Part shown: in pieces, positions 46,515 through 54,421 of the stretch
Layout of the letters: each line of letters starts with the position of its first letter
How positions within the stretch are numbered: position 1 is the stretch's first letter
Source: Acutalibacteraceae bacterium
Lineage (GTDB): Bacteria; Bacillota; Clostridia; Oscillospirales; Acutalibacteraceae
Reading direction: 5' to 3'
NCBI GenBank assembly: GCA_045589015.1
Contig: JAZNFG010000053.1
Span: 5,118 to 69,117 of the forward strand
DNA length: 64,000 nucleotides
Notes under the pieces: generated by a model
The model's input: only the letters and a program-made list of their open reading frames with translations
Told to the model about the DNA's origin: nothing
The model's database searches: none
Translations under genes and position numbers: made by a program

Positions 46515-46790
46515 AAAATAAAAGTACCCTTCAAAAGGGTACTTTGAGTAAATTACGGCATCCTGCCATACCGAAAATCGTCAGAAATTAATCTTACGAC
46601 CGCTTTACACATCTCCCCTTTTTTGCCCAAGAGACTTTTATGTGTCACAGACCGATAAGCATTCCGACTTGACCGATATACAGAGTTACGGTAATGGCTG
46701 TTGCTGCGGATTCGCACCGCAATTTCCTTATCCCCGAGTAAAGCAATTTACCCGACAACAAGCGTTTTCACGCCTGATGATCTGTGTCTA
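46515..46790 (-). promoter_or_regulatory. Cobalamin (AdoCbl) riboswitch with a terminator expression platform
   Basis: On the minus strand, a P1 candidate CACAGATC (46786-46779) pairs with GGTCTGTG (46653-46646). Core sequence AAGGAAATTGCGGTGCGAATCCGCAGCAACAGCCATTACCGTAAC resembles the GGGAA..GGTG.GAATCC..ACAGCC..ACTGTAA consensus. AGTCGGAATGC is B12-box-like. Downstream hairpin AAGTACCCTTTTGAAGGGTACTTTTATTTT at 46545-46516. Confidence 0.7.
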
Positions 46791-46986
46791 TTCTTTTGTA
46801 TTATAATAATACCATACCAAAATTTAAATTTCAATACTTAGGGAATTATCCGAACCGTGTTTTTTATCGGCTGATTTCCGGCACTTCTTCGTTAAAATAC
46901 TCATCAATCTGCGTCTTTCAAAGCAGAAACACCGAAAAGCACTGAAAAGGCTTGATTTCAGGCAAGGTATGATTATTACCGTCACC

Positions 46987-48939
46987 CTAATCAAAGCATT
47001 TAATCAAATCGGAATCCGCTTTTACAAAAGCCGCAAATTCGTCAATTTCAGCAGTAACCTCATAAATACCTTTTGTGTAAATTCTTTTGTTCTTGGTCAG
47101 AATCCACTCTCCGTCGGGAATATATACGCTCTTTACTGTCTGCCCTCTTTCAACTATAGGCGCAAAAATAATGTCATCACCGAACATATACTGACCGTCA
47201 AGAGAATAGCAAAGCTCATCATCGGGGAAATCGAAGAACATAGTGCGCATTACGGGATAGCCTTTTTTGCTTGCTATATCCATCTGTGCTTTAATATAAG
47301 GTCTTAGCTTTTCGCGTATAAGAATGAGCTTTTTGAGAATTTCAAAATTTTCTTCTCCGAAGCTCCAGATTTCATTGGGATCACCGCCGGGCTCAATAAG
47401 ACCGGGAGTAGGCTCAAAATGTCTGATCCTTGAGCCGTGAAGACGCATTACGGGACTGAAAACACCGAACTGGAACCAACGGACAATCAGCTCCTTAAAA
47501 TAATCGCTTGTAATATCGGCACCGTAAAAGCCGCCGATATCGGTATTCCACCAAGGAATTCCGCACATAGACATATTCAGACCTGCCTTAACCTGACAGG
47601 CAAGGCTTTCAAATGTGGATTCAATATCCCCTGACCAAACAAGCGAGCCGAATTTCTGACTTCCGAGATACGCACACCTGGTAAGAGTAATAATATCATC
47701 TCTTCCTGCCGACTTGAATCCGTCGTAAGCCATTTTTGAGTAGTAATAAGGATATAAGAGAGCAACCATATCTCCTCTTCCCTTATACCATATAAGATTG
47801 TCAAAGCTTTCAGGGTGAATTTCGGGCTCTGCTTCATCGAACCAAAGAGCATCGACACCGTTATCAATGTAATTCTCCTTGAGTTTTTTCCACACAAACT
47901 CGCGCGTTGACGGATTTGTCACGTCAATTTCATTCTGCCAGCCGTAAAAATCAAATACTCTGTCGGGACCTCTAGTAGTTCTCATCAGCATATTATTGTT
48001 TCTCATATACCAATAATTTTCGCTTGCGTTATTAATCGTGGGCCATACAGATACAGCAAGCCTTGTTCCCATTGAATGAAGCTCATCGGTCATAGCCTTA
48101 ACGTCTGGCCAGTATTTCGGGTCAAATTTATAATCCCCCTGTTCGGTCCAATGGAAATAGTCGGCTATGATAACGGAAAGCGGAATACCGAGCTCCTTAT
48201 ATTTTCTTGCAACGCTCAGAAGCTCCTCCTGCGTTTCATAGCGAAGGCGGCATTGCCAGAAGCCTGTCGCCCACTCCGGCATCAAAGGAGCATATCCCGT
48301 AAGCTCAGACAGAGCGGTACACGCTTCTTTCGGCGTTCCCGCAATTACAACGAAATCCATAAATCGGCAGCAGTCACAGCTCCAACGGGTGCGGTTATTG
48401 GATAATTCACAAAGCCCTGTCGAAGGGTTGTTCCACAAAAAACCGTAACCAAGCGAGGAATATACGTAAGGAATGGTACATTTTGCATTTACGTTTCTGA
48501 TATCCGTTGAAGTGCCCTTCAAGTCAAATTCGTTATCCCAGCTGTGTCCGAGACCGTAGAAATGCTCATTTTTCTGAGGCTCAAACATAACTCTTGCCGA
48601 CCACAATCCGCTTCCCTTGTTATCAAAATGGCGGTAATTGCTGTGAAACGTAAGCTCCGGCTTCTCCTCAAGAATTATTACGTCATTCTTATAAAAGGTA
48701 AGCTTTCCGTCGGGTTCAAGCTTTACCTTTAAAGTGCCGTTTTTGAAAATAACGTAATTTTCATATTCTTCGGTTTCCGCCTTGAGCTGCTTCGGCATAA
48801 GAGTATAGTTTTCATCAATCACTCTGCAGTCGGGAAATGCCTGAAAGCGGATGGCGTTTTCACCGCAGGCTGTAATTCTGATAAGCTCGGTATAGCGCAT
48901 ATAAAGAAGCTCATCGTCTTTAATAATAAGATTATTCAT
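46987..48939 (-). CDS. GH31 alpha-glucosidase/alpha-xylosidase
   Basis: GFWQCRLRY, VIIADYFHW, DALWFDEAEPE (nucleophile region) and PWWNTDIGGF (acid/base region). 650 aa. GGAGAA RBS. Confidence 0.8.
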   Translation of the reverse strand: MNNLIIKDDELLYMRYTELIRITACGENAIRFQAFPDCRVIDENYTLMPKQLKAETEEYENYVIFKNGTLKVKLEPDGKLTFYKNDVIILEEKPELTFHSNYRHFDNKGSGLWSARVMFEPQKNEHFYGLGHSWDNEFDLKGTSTDIRNVNAKCTIPYVYSSLGYGFLWNNPSTGLCELSNNRTRWSCDCCRFMDFVVIAGTPKEACTALSELTGYAPLMPEWATGFWQCRLRYETQEELLSVARKYKELGIPLSVIIADYFHWTEQGDYKFDPKYWPDVKAMTDELHSMGTRLAVSVWPTINNASENYWYMRNNNMLMRTTRGPDRVFDFYGWQNEIDVTNPSTREFVWKKLKENYIDNGVDALWFDEAEPEIHPESFDNLIWYKGRGDMVALLYPYYYSKMAYDGFKSAGRDDIITLTRCAYLGSQKFGSLVWSGDIESTFESLACQVKAGLNMSMCGIPWWNTDIGGFYGADITSDYFKELIVRWFQFGVFSPVMRLHGSRIRHFEPTPGLIEPGGDPNEIWSFGEENFEILKKLILIREKLRPYIKAQMDIASKKGYPVMRTMFFDFPDDELCYSLDGQYMFGDDIIFAPIVERGQTVKSVYIPDGEWILTKNKRIYTKGIYEVTAEIDEFAAFVKADSDLIKCFD

Positions 48940-48992
48940 TACTTTTCTCCGTGTTTTTTTTAATTATATCACATTAACAAATAAATATAAAG

Positions 48993-49202
48993 CTAATTCT
49001 CCTCCGCCGTCATATAAATTTCCATCGGGTCAAGCTGTAAGGTCCTGCATATTTTAATTACCGCATCAAAGCTTGCCCCGCCTATATCACGGGACAGTAT
49101 AGTCATCAGCGTGCTGTACGGTATATCAGCTTCAACGGCAAACTGCCTCAGACTCGGAAAGCTGTCTAAAATAAGATTGCGGAGCTTCTGTTCCCTGTTC
49201 AT
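48993..49202 (-). CDS. Small XRE-like helix-turn-helix protein (69 aa)
   Basis: SLRQFAVEADIPYSTLMTILSR...SFDAVIKICRTLQLDP is an HTH pattern. The start overlaps the DeoR stop as ATGA (49199-49202). Confidence 0.5.
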   Translation of the reverse strand: MNREQKLRNLILDSFPSLRQFAVEADIPYSTLMTILSRDIGGASFDAVIKICRTLQLDPMEIYMTAEEN

Positions 49203-49975
49203 TTTATTTCCTCTGCTACCCTTACCTGAATTCCCGTATCCTCAAGCGAAGAAATCTGTTCCTCCGTGCAGTCCCAATCGGTAATAACCGTGTCAAATTC
49301 ATTGACGTTACATACCTTAACAAAAGAGTTTATGCCGATTTTTTCACCCGTCATCAAAAGCAGTTTCTTTCTGCTGTTTCTCAAAACCGTGCGCTGAAAC
49401 GTTGCGGTTTCGTCAGAGCCGTTTGATAATCCGAAATCTGCCGTAAGTCCTGCCCCTGTGATAAAACAAATATCAAAATGCAGCTTGCTGACGAATTCCA
49501 CTGCAAAGGTATCAACAAGTGAACCGCTTTTTCGCATTTTTCCGCCTGCAATATAAACATCAATGTTTTCAAAGGCTCTCAGTTCCTTTGCAAAGTCAAC
49601 TGAATTTACAACTGCAGTAAAGTGCTTATCTCTCGGCAGAAGAGATATTATAATGTGCCCGAATGAACCGCTTGTAATATAAACAATGTCATTCTCTTTT
49701 ATATTGCCGACGGCAATTTCAGCTATCTTCTTATAATTATCAAAAATAGGCATAGTGTCATACTGACGATTCATAGGTGGCATAACGCTTACCTGTCCTA
49801 AAAGCATGGCACCACCGTGAGTTCTTTTGCAAATGCCTTTTTGTTCAAGGATTCGCAAATCACGTCTTGCGGATTCATCTGATATTCCGTATTTTGCGGT
49901 TATTTCCGATACCGTGATTTTACCGTTTGCTTTGATTATATCCGCTATTTCCTGATGTCGCTCTTCCATAAACAT
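49199..49975 (-). CDS. DeoR-family transcriptional regulator
   Basis: ERHQEIADIIKANGKITVSEITAKYGISDESARRDLRILEQKGICKRTHGGA is a DeoR wHTH, followed by a sugar-phosphate-binding C-domain. GGAGG lies 8 nt before the ATG at 49975. Confidence 0.8.
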   Translation of the reverse strand: MFMEERHQEIADIIKANGKITVSEITAKYGISDESARRDLRILEQKGICKRTHGGAMLLGQVSVMPPMNRQYDTMPIFDNYKKIAEIAVGNIKENDIVYITSGSFGHIIISLLPRDKHFTAVVNSVDFAKELRAFENIDVYIAGGKMRKSGSLVDTFAVEFVSKLHFDICFITGAGLTADFGLSNGSDETATFQRTVLRNSRKKLLLMTGEKIGINSFVKVCNVNEFDTVITDWDCTEEQISSLEDTGIQVRVAEEIK

Positions 49976-50079
49976 AAGAAAAACCTCCGAATTAAGATTT
50001 ATATCGAATTCGATGGTATAATAATACAACACATTCGGCAATAAATCAATATTTTCGGCAATCGGATTTGCGTATATTT

Positions 50080-50111
50080 AAAGCTGCTCCCGTCTGAACG
50101 AGAGCAGCTTT
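50080..50111 (-). terminator. Hairpin downstream of the DUF1343/NamZ-like gene
   Basis: AAAGCTGCTC-tcgttcagacgg-GAGCAGCTTT on the minus strand. Only a weak T-tract follows. Confidence 0.45.
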
Positions 50112-50139
50112 ACTATTGCACCATAATATTCTCTTTTTT

Positions 50140-51252
50140 TCAATATAGATACCATTTCTTTGAAAATTCTTTCCACAGTTCAGTTTTTCTGCGATGCTTG
50201 TCAAGAAAGGAATCTATATCAAAATCATCCTCAAATATCTCATCAGTACCGAGAAGCTTTATTATATCAGACTCAACAGCAAATTCTTTATGAGCTTTTC
50301 TTATTGCATCAAAAATACGCATTCCCGTTTCAAAGGGCTCAAAGGAATTTCTGTCAGTAATATGAAGCTGAATTCCGCGGCAGAACGTGTTTTCGTATTT
50401 TGAAAAGGTCGGAATAAAAGAGCATTCCCTTAAAATAACGCCTTCCTGCTTTCCGACTGCCCTTATAATCATTTCATTGTCAAGCCAGGGTGCGCCTATC
50501 ATTTCAAATGGCTTGGTTGTGCCTCTGCCCTCGCTGATATTTGTATCCTCAAAAATACAGGTTCCGATATAGTAAAATGCCGAATCAACAGTAGGGATAT
50601 TCGGTGAAGGCTGAATAAAGAGCAAGCCCGTATCGTCAAAATACATTTCTCTTTTCCAGTTTTCCATAGGAATCACACTAAGCTCACAGCCGATATTTTC
50701 GGTTTCATTCATCATAAGTGCAAATTCTCCTATGGTTAAACCCGAACGGGTCGGTGTCGGATATCTTCCGACAAAGGAGGAAAACTGCCTGTCAAGAAGG
50801 GTCCCCTCTGCTTTTATGCCGCCTAAGGGATTCGGGCGGTCAAGCACAACAAACCTTATTCCGTGCTCTGCACAGTATTTCATAGTATCAGTCATTGTAT
50901 ACTGATAAGTATAAAAACGCGCACCTACGTCCTGAATATCAAAAATTACGGTATCAAGAGCCGACAGCTTTTCTTCTGTCTCGGAAATATCATCACAGAA
51001 GAGGCTGTAAACGGGAAGTCCGGTTTTCCTGTCGGTATAAAAGCCGATATCCTCTCCCGCCTGTCTGTCACCTCTTATTCCGTGCTCTGGAGCAAAAAGC
51101 GCAACAAGATTACACCTTTCGTTCAGCATATCGACAACCGAGCCGAGGTCACGCAAAACACCCGTGTGGTTAGTAATAAGTCCGCATTTTCCGCTGAAAT
51201 TACAGTCATCCCTCTTTATTATATCTGCACCGCATAATACGTTCATTTTCAT
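50140..51252 (-). CDS. DUF1343-family protein (exo-beta-N-acetylmuramidase NamZ-like)
   Basis: GKCGLITNHTGVLRDLGSVVDMLNERCNLVALFAPEHGIRGDRQAGEDI and VVLDRPNPLGG are hallmark DUF1343/YbbC blocks. Confidence 0.75.
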   Translation of the reverse strand: MKMNVLCGADIIKRDDCNFSGKCGLITNHTGVLRDLGSVVDMLNERCNLVALFAPEHGIRGDRQAGEDIGFYTDRKTGLPVYSLFCDDISETEEKLSALDTVIFDIQDVGARFYTYQYTMTDTMKYCAEHGIRFVVLDRPNPLGGIKAEGTLLDRQFSSFVGRYPTPTRSGLTIGEFALMMNETENIGCELSVIPMENWKREMYFDDTGLLFIQPSPNIPTVDSAFYYIGTCIFEDTNISEGRGTTKPFEMIGAPWLDNEMIIRAVGKQEGVILRECSFIPTFSKYENTFCRGIQLHITDRNSFEPFETGMRIFDAIRKAHKEFAVESDIIKLLGTDEIFEDDFDIDSFLDKHRRKTELWKEFSKKWYLY

Positions 51253-51261
51253 ATTTCACCG

Positions 51262-52308
51262 TTATTGTTCATATTTGCTCCACCCCGAGGAGCGTATTTC
51301 GGTGCCGTCATCCGTCAGCCATAGTGCCTCAGCATCGGAAATAGCTTCTATCAAATCGGAGCCCTCTTTCGCAGAAAGACAAAACAAGGCTGTTGAAAGA
51401 GCATCGGCAAGTCCCGAATCCTTACAAACTACGGAAACAGATAAAAAGCCTTCGGAGGGCATAAGCGTATCGGGATGAATAATGTGATGATAAGCCTTTC
51501 CGTCTACGTAGTAAAATCTCTGATACGAACCGCTTGTAACAAGAGCCTGTCCCGACAAGCTGAGATAAGCGATATAATCTCCGCCCTCGGGGTTTTCGAT
51601 ACCGACAGTCCACGAAGTCCCGTCTGCCCTGCTCCCTATAGTCCGTACGTTTCCGCCTACGTTCAATACGTAACCCGTAATCCCTTTTTCCTCAAGGCTT
51701 TTTGCTATCTGCTCAACGGCATATCCCTTTGCTACAGCACCTACGTCAAGCTTCATTTCAGGATCAGTTAACGTGACCGTGTTGTTTACCTCATCAATAA
51801 CAAGCTTTTCAATATCACAATGCTGTGATGCCTCAATAAGCTTTTCCATCGGCGGAAGAGAAGCCTGCGACGGATCATCCTTTCCGATAGTCCGATAATC
51901 GTGCCATAAGGATAAAACGCTTCCCATTGCAATATTCAGAATACCGTCGGTTTTACGGTACATTTCCTTTGCATAAAGCAGCATATCAACAATTCGGCGG
52001 TCAACGGTAACGGTACGGTGCACACCGTCAACCACTTCGTTTATCGTGCACAGATTCTCCAAATTCTCAAACCGATGATATATTGAGTAAAGTCGGTGAT
52101 ATTCCCTTAGCTGCGACAAAATTTCTTCTGCCACGCTGTCAAAAGCATCCTGCGAATATTCATATCCCGTTATTGTGGTAACGGTATCAAAATAATCCAT
52201 GGAATATTCGGTATATTTATTCTTTTGGGTTGTGTCAGAGCAAGAAACAAGGGAGCTTGCTAAAATACAGACAACAACAGCTATAATAATTATTCTGCTT
52301 CTTTTCAT
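51262..52308 (-). CDS. apbE: FAD:protein FMN transferase (ApbE), lipoprotein
   Basis: Lipobox LVSCSD. DVGAVAKGYAVE, LNVGGNVRT and HHIIHPDTLMP are ApbE landmarks. Confidence 0.8.
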   Translation of the reverse strand: MKRSRIIIIAVVVCILASSLVSCSDTTQKNKYTEYSMDYFDTVTTITGYEYSQDAFDSVAEEILSQLREYHRLYSIYHRFENLENLCTINEVVDGVHRTVTVDRRIVDMLLYAKEMYRKTDGILNIAMGSVLSLWHDYRTIGKDDPSQASLPPMEKLIEASQHCDIEKLVIDEVNNTVTLTDPEMKLDVGAVAKGYAVEQIAKSLEEKGITGYVLNVGGNVRTIGSRADGTSWTVGIENPEGGDYIAYLSLSGQALVTSGSYQRFYYVDGKAYHHIIHPDTLMPSEGFLSVSVVCKDSGLADALSTALFCLSAKEGSDLIEAISDAEALWLTDDGTEIRSSGWSKYEQ

Positions 52309-52310
52309 AC

Positions 52311-52362
52311 ACGTAAAAACAAAAAAGGGGGTTGTAAAAAATGAAGCTTTTTACATCCCCTT
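52311..52362 (-). terminator. Strong hairpin plus T-tract between the repeat lipoprotein gene and apbE
   Basis: On the minus strand, AAGGGGATGTAAAAA-gcttcat-TTTTTACAACCCCCTT is followed by TTTTGTTTTT. The hairpin ends 16 nt, and the T-tract about 5 nt, before the apbE ATG. Confidence 0.6.
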
Positions 52363-52369
52363 ATATTTG

Positions 52370-53377
52370 TCAGATTTTTGATGCAGCCTTAACGAAGCCT
52401 GAAACAATAATCGTACAGCCTGCAGTCTGAAGGTCAGCTACACCCTTGCCGTCTTCAGCTGCAAGACCTGCAATTTTAGAAGCAGTCTTGCCTACGCAAG
52501 CAGCATCAAAAACAGCAGCCTGCTCATTCCATTCCTTTGCTGCACCGCCGTAAGCTACCATACCGTAGTCAGCACCCTGTGATTTCTTGGAAAGAACTTC
52601 CTTGGTTGTATCAAGAGTTGAAACGCCTTCAGTTGTGAAGGTAAACGTTACTTCTACGCAATCGGAAGAAGCAGCAACTACTTTGCCGTCAGCGTCAACA
52701 GCAGCCGCAAAAACGCTTGTTGCAACCTTGCTTGAGCCGTCCTTGTCATCTGTAGCATCAGCAGTTGTAAGCTCTGTAGCGGCAGTAACCTTAAGAGTAT
52801 TCTCAGCAGTAACTGCAGAATCTGCTGCGGAATTGTAAGCCTTCTCAATAGCACCTACAAATTCATTGATCATAATTGTGCAGCCTGCATTGATAACATC
52901 GTCAGTACCCTTGTTGCCTTCTGCAACCAAAGCCTTAACCTCTGTGAGAGTTTTACCTGCTACAAGTGCTTCAAAAGCATCAGCCTGCTCAAACCATTCC
53001 TTTGCTGCACCGCCGTAGGCTACCATATTATAGTCAGCACCGGACTCATACTTGGTCTTGAATTCATCCTGTGCTACAGCCTTTCCGTCAAAGGTAAAGT
53101 TTACGGTACTGCTTGCCGTATCAAGAGCACAGGCAACGATCTTGCCTTCAGCATCAACGGTAACAGCGGCAACGGTAACGTCAATCTTGCCTGAGCCGTC
53201 CTTATCCTCAGTAGCATCAGCAGTTACGGGAGCGGCAACATAAACGCCTGCACCGAATTTAAGTGTGCTGCTTACGGGATTAGTTGTTTCTTCTGTGTTT
53301 GTCGTATTACCGCAGCCTACAAATACCACGGAAACAGCCATAATGAGACATAATGCGATTACCAAAGCTTTTTTCAT
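52370..53377 (-). CDS. Lipoprotein made of two tandem ~145-aa FMN_bind-like repeats with a variant D-x-x-x-A-G-C-T motif
   Basis: Lipobox VFVGCGN. The repeat units end in DDVINAGCTIMINEFVGAIEKA and ADLQTAGCTIIVSGFVKAASKI. Both contain GADY(N/G)MVAYGGAAKEW. Nearly identical 48-nt DNA segments lie at 52529-52576 and 52994-53041. Confidence 0.45.
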   Translation of the reverse strand: MKKALVIALCLIMAVSVVFVGCGNTTNTEETTNPVSSTLKFGAGVYVAAPVTADATEDKDGSGKIDVTVAAVTVDAEGKIVACALDTASSTVNFTFDGKAVAQDEFKTKYESGADYNMVAYGGAAKEWFEQADAFEALVAGKTLTEVKALVAEGNKGTDDVINAGCTIMINEFVGAIEKAYNSAADSAVTAENTLKVTAATELTTADATDDKDGSSKVATSVFAAAVDADGKVVAASSDCVEVTFTFTTEGVSTLDTTKEVLSKKSQGADYGMVAYGGAAKEWNEQAAVFDAACVGKTASKIAGLAAEDGKGVADLQTAGCTIIVSGFVKAASKI

Positions 53378-53412
53378 TGTAAAATACCTCCGTTAATTTT
53401 TTAACCTTGCAA

Positions 53413-53441
53413 ATACTACTATATATTAATCAAATTGTCAA
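53413..53441 (-). promoter_or_regulatory. Sigma-A-type promoter candidate for the repeat lipoprotein gene
   Basis: On the minus strand: TTGACA (53441-53436), 17 nt, then TAGTAT (53418-53413). Confidence 0.45.
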
Positions 53442-53493
53442 GCAATATTAAAAAAATTCATAATTTGTTAGGATTCAGCCGCGGCAGGCAAAT

Positions 53494-53997
53494 TCACAGC
53501 AGCCTCTGAGGAATACGCTTGATAAGAAAAGCACCGCAAAGTCCGATAAATATGCCTGCAACAGTTCCGCTTACTGCAAGAACAGTAAGATAATATCCCA
53601 GCTGTGACGTTTCCAGAAGAAAAGCCGCCATAATTATCTGGCCTGCATTATGAGAAACACCGCCTGCTACACTTACGCCTACACAGGAAAAGCAATTAAG
53701 CTTCTTTAATACTATCATTACGGCTAAGCTCAATACTCCGCCTGCAAGACTGTACATCAGCGCCATCATATTGCCGAACAGCATACTTACGAGAAATATT
53801 CTTACAATAGATACCGTTCCTGCAAAAAACGGACCCTTTCTGTAAAGCAGAAAAACAATAATAATGTTGGGAAGTCCCATTTTTATTCCGGGTAACGCCG
53901 TAAATAAAGGCGGTATCAGCACTTCTATATAAGCGAATATAAGTGCAAGTGCCACACATATACCGCCGAAAGCAACAGTTTTTGTTTTCTTGTTCAA
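53494..53997 (-). CDS. Gx transporter family membrane protein (formerly 'heptaprenyl diphosphate synthase component I' family)
   Basis: LPGIKMGLPNIIIVF, SLAGGVLSLAVM and GVSVAGGVSHNAGQI are the family's conserved blocks. TTG start 6 nt after AGGAGG. Confidence 0.65.
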   Translation of the reverse strand: MNKKTKTVAFGGICVALALIFAYIEVLIPPLFTALPGIKMGLPNIIIVFLLYRKGPFFAGTVSIVRIFLVSMLFGNMMALMYSLAGGVLSLAVMIVLKKLNCFSCVGVSVAGGVSHNAGQIIMAAFLLETSQLGYYLTVLAVSGTVAGIFIGLCGAFLIKRIPQRLL

Positions 53998-54007
53998 AGC
54001 TGACCTC

Positions 54008-54421
54008 CTATATTATAACGTCCGGTCCGTCCGTTTTAACTACTGAAGTAACGGTAACCACAACCCGATTGGGAAGACACACTATACTTTCACCGTCACG
54101 GAAAATACTCCTATGCGAAACACATATTCCGTCAGGACAGGATGCATTTTCAATATAAGCCTTTCCCTCTTTTATTACAAGACGGTTATGCTTCATATTA
54201 TCATCACCCGAATAAATATCCACTGTTATGTCCTCGGCAAGGGAATATTCTCCGTAAATCTCGCCGTCAACGGTAACGGTTACCTTTACACCCGGACTGC
54301 GGAAAAAATTAAGATAAATAAGCCCGATAACCGCCGCAAGAATTACGGCGGCTATCAGAATTATATCATTTCTGAATCTGCTTTTACGGTTTTTTAAGCT
54401 ATCCTTATTATTCATAATCAT
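54008..54421 (-). CDS. NusG domain II-containing protein (DUF1312)
   Basis: N-terminal TM segment, then CPDGICVSHRSIFRDGESIVCLPNRVVVTV, the typical CPD..C......G..I.CLPN signature. ATGA overlap with the rnfB stop. Confidence 0.65.
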   Translation of the reverse strand: MIMNNKDSLKNRKSRFRNDIILIAAVILAAVIGLIYLNFFRSPGVKVTVTVDGEIYGEYSLAEDITVDIYSGDDNMKHNRLVIKEGKAYIENASCPDGICVSHRSIFRDGESIVCLPNRVVVTVTSVVKTDGPDVII

